A stretch of 64,000 nt of DNA from Trichoplax sp. H2 (lineage: Eukaryota). Position 1 is the stretch's first letter; every line of letters begins with the position of its first letter. Made by a program: the position numbers and the translations under genes. The notes under the pieces are model-generated. The model ran no database searches. It saw nothing but the letters and a program-made list of their open reading frames with translations, and was not told the DNA's origin. Location: NCBI GenBank assembly GCA_003344405.1, contig NOWV01000026.1, positions 496,001 to 560,000 of the forward strand, given 5' to 3'. This document shows, one piece after another, positions 58,373 to 64,000 of the stretch.

Positions 58373-59786
58373 GGCTTCGTTTGTCGACAAGGAAACGAGG
58401 AACAAAGAGGTGTGGCTTACTGACTGACCTCTCTTAATACTTTTGCTTATGTAAATTACGCAAGCGCAACTGGGATAAGCTACCCCGCAATAATCCTTCT
58501 CTATTGTTTGCAATCACAATGGAAAACAATGCCAATGATCCTTACCGTAGTGACATCATGGTCATGTGATAGTCGATCATGAATACCGATACGAGTCTCA
58601 GCTGGAGTTTGTCTTGTCTTCCAACTGATTAGAGGGTAAAACTACGGCGGCCCTACCAGTTGTCTCGCCATACAGTTAAAAGGAAATTAGTTTGATCCAC
58701 GGGGTAGTGGTGGCCACATACCAGAGTAACTGGACATCAAAACAGGTAAATTAGATCAGAAAATAGAACGTTGTTCTCTAAATTAAAGTCGATGATGAAA
58801 GATTGAATAGGATATTGTGCTCTTATTACCTGCTTTATATGCTTTGAATTAAAAAAAATGGATAAGAAATAATTTCACTATTTTAATTGGAAAGTACTGC
58901 AGATCAAATCAACATGTCAACGTCATATTGCATGTTCCATTCATCTTGCAATAGGAGGCTCATTATTCATGGTATAATTATCGTGACCATGAAATAGACA
59001 TTAGCTTGATCCTATTATATCCATTTTATCACTTTAGTTCAATAAATTAGGCGTTACTTTCTATTAATGAATGCTAGGATGAAAATTTTTCCGTGTCTAT
59101 TGTAGAACAAAGTTTGGGGGGATAAAAAATACTGAGCTTAATTTTAGCTACAGTTCACGTTTAAAGGACGCTTAGGTAATAGAAACTTTAATGGACGATA
59201 CTGTAATAGTTTTTGTTAGATGTTTCCTTGGTGAACCATCATAATCTTGTGTGAGCTTGTAAATGACATTTAGATATGACATTCGAAAATACAAGGGTGA
59301 TATCGACTGCACTAAGAATGGCTCACTATCGCATAACACAATATCAGGCAGCATTGAAAACCTTTTAACCTTAATTTAAAATGGTCAGTTGTTTGTAGTG
59401 ATGATATGAAACGTTTCAATCGATTGGATGAATATTCGTTAAATATATAAAATAATAATTGAAAATTTGTTATAAATGAGTCTGGTAGCAAGCTAGCACT
59501 GGACTTGCATATAACTCGATAGCAATCCTTAAAATGAGATAACATTTGAAAAACGTGTAGAGCACAATAACAACTTGATGTTTTTTGGCTCTAACTGTGC
59601 GTGTTGTTTTTGCAAGCTTGCTTCTACGTATACTCTTTTAACGACATGGAGACATAATAAAACAATCATTCTCTATTTTATAAAATTGCTTTCATTAGGA
59701 GGTCATTATACTGTGCATTCCGCTAAAATGAATAGTACGATATTTATCAATTGAAAGAACACTAAACCTATTAACAAAGTTGTAAA

Positions 59787-62700
59787 ATGGCCGCTTCAGA
59801 AACCACTATTTCTGTTACTTTCCAAGTTGAATATCAACCGGAAAATGGCAATGAGAAATTATTCCTTTGTGGAGACTTACCTGTAATAGGCGAATGGCAG
59901 CCCACGAAAGCCTTGAGAATGACCCAATCAACAAGGTATAGTATCATACTGTGAAAGTCACAAAACGCGGTGATAAGCTTTTAAGGCCAATGAAATATTA
60001 TAGGACTGCATGCTATATGCATAATTTAGCTTTCTATCGTATTTTGCTTGCTCTTCAAGTTCATTTATTTGCGATATTTCGAACAAGGCAATTTCTACTT
60101 GCAGTCAGTTCAAAATTAGGACTATTTTGAACAAACCGAACATTGTTTGCAGTTAATCTTTCCATAATGTACAGTATATTCATTCTTGTTGCTGATTTAC
60201 AGCACTGTATGTATCGTACATTATCATGATATTATGGTTATGCACGGCTGATGCTTAGAGGGTACGATAGGAATATTATTGATCGAATATTCGTGATGAT
60301 ACAAAGTCTAGCATTATACGGATAGTACGATGTGCTATCATTTCGAATTGGAATATACCCATACTCTTAAATTTACCCTGTAATAGGAGTGAATTGTTTA
60401 AAACTTGAAAGATATAAAGCTTACATTAGTCGACGCATGTACATGCAACCGTAATACTGTAACTATATGTACCGTACAGTAGAAAACCCTTAATTCATAC
60501 TAAGTGGAATCGTAAGCGGATATCATCGTTGATAATAATATTGCATTGACATTGTATTTAAGTGCTATTATTATTACTATTATTACACGTAAATAAGGTG
60601 AGAAGATGACAATGATAGTCTGAATAAACTTTAACCATCAATATTGTTATGTGATTAATGCATGAGCAAGTTCTCTATCGGCACTTATACCCTTGCTTGT
60701 ATTACTTACACAGAAGTCATTGGCAGGCTAACATTAACTTACAGCCACGTACGACAGTTAAATACCGTTACGTAATATCCGAAGCCTATCAAGTACAGGA
60801 TGAGGTCCAATCAGAACCAAATCAAGTTGCTGATGCCATCATAGTTAAAAAATGGGAAAGTTTTAATATTTGCAGGCATCAAACTATTCGCTGTAAGTAA
60901 TAGATGGCGTTATACCGATACAGCATTACCGCAAATTCGTGACATACACGTATCTTAAATAATACAACAGTAATTTTGTAGATTTCTTTATATTGATTTA
61001 ATTTCAAGAAATACAAAGTTGCTATGATACAGTATTACGCGTATATAGCCTTTAAGATAACTTTTAATTTATATATTTGAATTGTAGCGAGTTCTTCAAC
61101 AATGAAAGTCGACGATGGTGCATTTGGCATGAAAGGTGTTTTTAGTGTCTTCAAACTACTATCGCTATATAAATTCCGCTCAGTCATGATTACAGTGCCC
61201 AAAACCGTAGTTTCTTCTTAATAAAATTAAAATTTAATTGACATTCTTCTAAAGTTATTGGCAGTAAGTTCGCGTCAGGCCACAATGCGTACATTTCTAG
61301 TAGATGTACATATTCATCGATGCTCATTTTATATTTCACCAGATAACGAAATTGCAATAAAAAAAGGTTGGCTTACGACAGAAAGTTACGTCAACATCTA
61401 TTTGAATAACTCTATAAAAGAATCAGTCGTATTCTGGTCTCAGAAAACATTTATTGCTCCAGCCATCAAAGTTACTCCTTATTACGTACAACAATATCCG
61501 AATGTAAATAGTTTCTAGTATTTTATTCGACTCATTGTATCAGATATGCCTCGACTTTTTCTATCAGCACCTCATTATTTTCGCTCTTGAGAAATGCTAT
61601 TTTAATTTTAGACCGGAGTGAATACGAATGTATACATCAAAATATTGGATGAAGGGAATCACTCTCCTAAGTTACAAGGCAATCATGGCACTTTTTGCGA
61701 CAATAAATCGTTTTATGCCTTCACATTTGGAACTTTCAACGTGAAAGAGCTAGTAAATTACCTTATTACAACTGTATTTTTGCCTTGATAAAATTATTCC
61801 CTAATTTTATCATTGTGATGATTAGGGTGTTAAGCTAGAATTTCACGACCTTGACAAATCCAATTCCACAACTGCTACAGCATATATAGTACCATCTCGC
61901 CTATCTGAATCTACTGGGAGAGTAACTTCTCCAATAGTGTGTTGTACATCTGGTAACCTTCTAGGTGAAGTGACAAGTTAGTATCATAATTTAATGGCTT
62001 TTCTTATAACACCTTCCTTTGAGGATATGGTATCATATGCATTGAGTTAACTGTTCTTGATCTGGTCTCTCAATGACATGTATTTTGTTTGTTCTGCCAT
62101 ATTTATGATATTATAGTTGAGTATTTGGTCGTTAACCCAATACCGAAAATCAAGCTACCAGAAGTTTATATTGATGTTTTTAAATCTCTGTCAAGGCCTT
62201 TACTCATTGGGCATCGTGGGATGGGTGCACATGATGCTCAAGACGCGTAAGTGTAGTACATTCCAATGATAGTAAATCCAATTATCAAATGTGCTTATGA
62301 AGTAATGTACTCTATATTATGTTGCTTTATCCGATGTATACTTGAGCAATCAACAACAATTAATATGGAATATAATACCGTTATACATGTATAGTGAATA
62401 CATCGTTGAAGAGAATACCATGGAAGCATTTAAACGAGCCTTCGAGGTAGATGACCGTCTAATTAAAGCTATTTATTAACTGTAAACTCTCTATTATAAT
62501 AATTGGAATTGTCAATTCAGAAATACTATCTACGGCACAACTTGCACATAAGTAATGACTTTTACAAAAAAAGTAAGACAGTAAGATTGTGTATGTTCGT
62601 ATTTTACAATCTTGGCAATATTCAAAGTTAGTTCCCTTACAAAATGTCGTCCTATGTATTAAGCTTTTATGCTTAACCTTATTTTAAGCATTGGTATCGA

Positions 62701-64000
62701 TTGATCTGAGTTTGCTTATTTAATTACTTGTGTTTAGACCTGTACAAATACAAATTAGTAATAGTGACATAACTATACAGACATTGTAAACATTGAGGAA
62801 CTTTTCGTATCAGTTATCTATTTACTAGACGTTTAATACAAAATAGTAATAGACATTTCGGAATAAATTACTTATCAGCAGTAAATTTTATTTTTTCACA
62901 TACACTCTCGTATTCTATCTTATATCCTTTTACATGTATATATGTTATGCGATACTATACTACCGTTAGAAATAGTACTCTAGAAAACCGCTATATAGTG
63001 GCTTTAATTCAGCTATTTTCGAAGCTTAATCATGTATCTATAGAAAATAAATGCTAGATTATCAAATTCCTCGCACGCTTTTAATAGAGATATCTGGACC
63101 CAATCGTTACATATCAATCGATAGGCTTATCGCAGTAACAGTGCCTATTTATGCATATATTTTACTTTCTACCGGATAGGGATTGCACCCAAGCTTGTAT
63201 CGGATAAATTATAATTATTAAGAGAATACTGCAGGTGTGCAGTTTCATAAAATAAACTCGTATATAAGGTCCAGCGCCACCCTTACTTACAACCTACGAT
63301 ATATATTGCAGTAGTTACATTCATAAATCATATATACGCTGCAAATAATGAACCATTTTTATTATTAACGTTGTCATATTTGACTTGCAGGAAATATTTA
63401 TATAAACCTAGTAATGTAATACCTAAACATTCGTTTCTGAATTCTAGGAAAAAGTCGACATGGTTGAGTTTGATATTCAGATGGATGCAGATGGAGAAAT
63501 AGTGATATATCATGACTTCAACATTGACCTCCATGCTCTGGTACTTAACATATAATTTATTTGATCCTATTAAAGAAATCTGATATCAAGAATTTACTTT
63601 AACCTACTTACTTTGATATATAATTGATTATAATTGATATCGATTACAGAGAGCAAGGGATAATATTAAATGTCACCGGTGTCCAGTGAAGAATCTCAGT
63701 GTTCAACAGTTGAAAGCCTATGCGGTAAAATGGATATAGGATACGTTTTACCATAATCTACTATATTTTACCGTGGTAACTAAATTATCATATCTTCACA
63801 TTTTAGACCCTACATCGCGACTCAGGTTTAGACAAAATTCTTCTATTATTTCTTAACATTGATAATAAAATTATAACCAGTAGCCCTTTTTACAGAAAAT
63901 ACTACTACAGATGTACTTTTCCCGACTCTACAAGAAGTACGTGTAATCTTTTTGTGTTTTAATGTTCCCACAATTTTCACTAATAACTAGTAATTATCTT
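59787..64000 (+). CDS. GPCPD1: Glycerophosphocholine phosphodiesterase (CBM20 + GDPD), 3'-partial
   Basis: First exon is CBM20-like (LFLCGDLPVIGEWQPTKALRM). Later exons give VKKWES, KGWLT, LLIGHRGMG, EENTMEAF, DMVEFDIQ...VIYHD and FPTLQE. The gene runs off the window end. Confidence 0.9.

Overview
This is AT-rich, gene-dense eukaryotic DNA with short GT-AG introns. Gene content and compactness suggest an early-branching animal, probably a placozoan (Trichoplax-like); that is inferred, not verified. Manual exon assembly gives 14 protein-coding genes: PSMB1 (5'-partial), an intronless signal-peptide/C2H2/TM protein, LSM2, EDF1, ATG5, DHPS, COQ4, a cytochrome P450, a PH-PTB docking protein, GAPVD1, GLMP, CDC73, an STKLD1-like kinase and GPCPD1 (3'-partial). 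Ten of them sit in head-to-head pairs. I recognised no rRNA, tRNA, CRISPR array or transposase. Notable points: (1) palindromic TACAG/CTGTA arrays mark the housekeeping promoters; (2) most human orthologues fall in MHC-paralogon regions; (3) the STKLD1-like kinase keeps catalytic motifs that the human pseudokinase lacks, and has a likely U12 intron; (4) several unexplained hairpins are ncRNA candidates. Exon boundaries were read by eye and internal ones may be off by a few bases.
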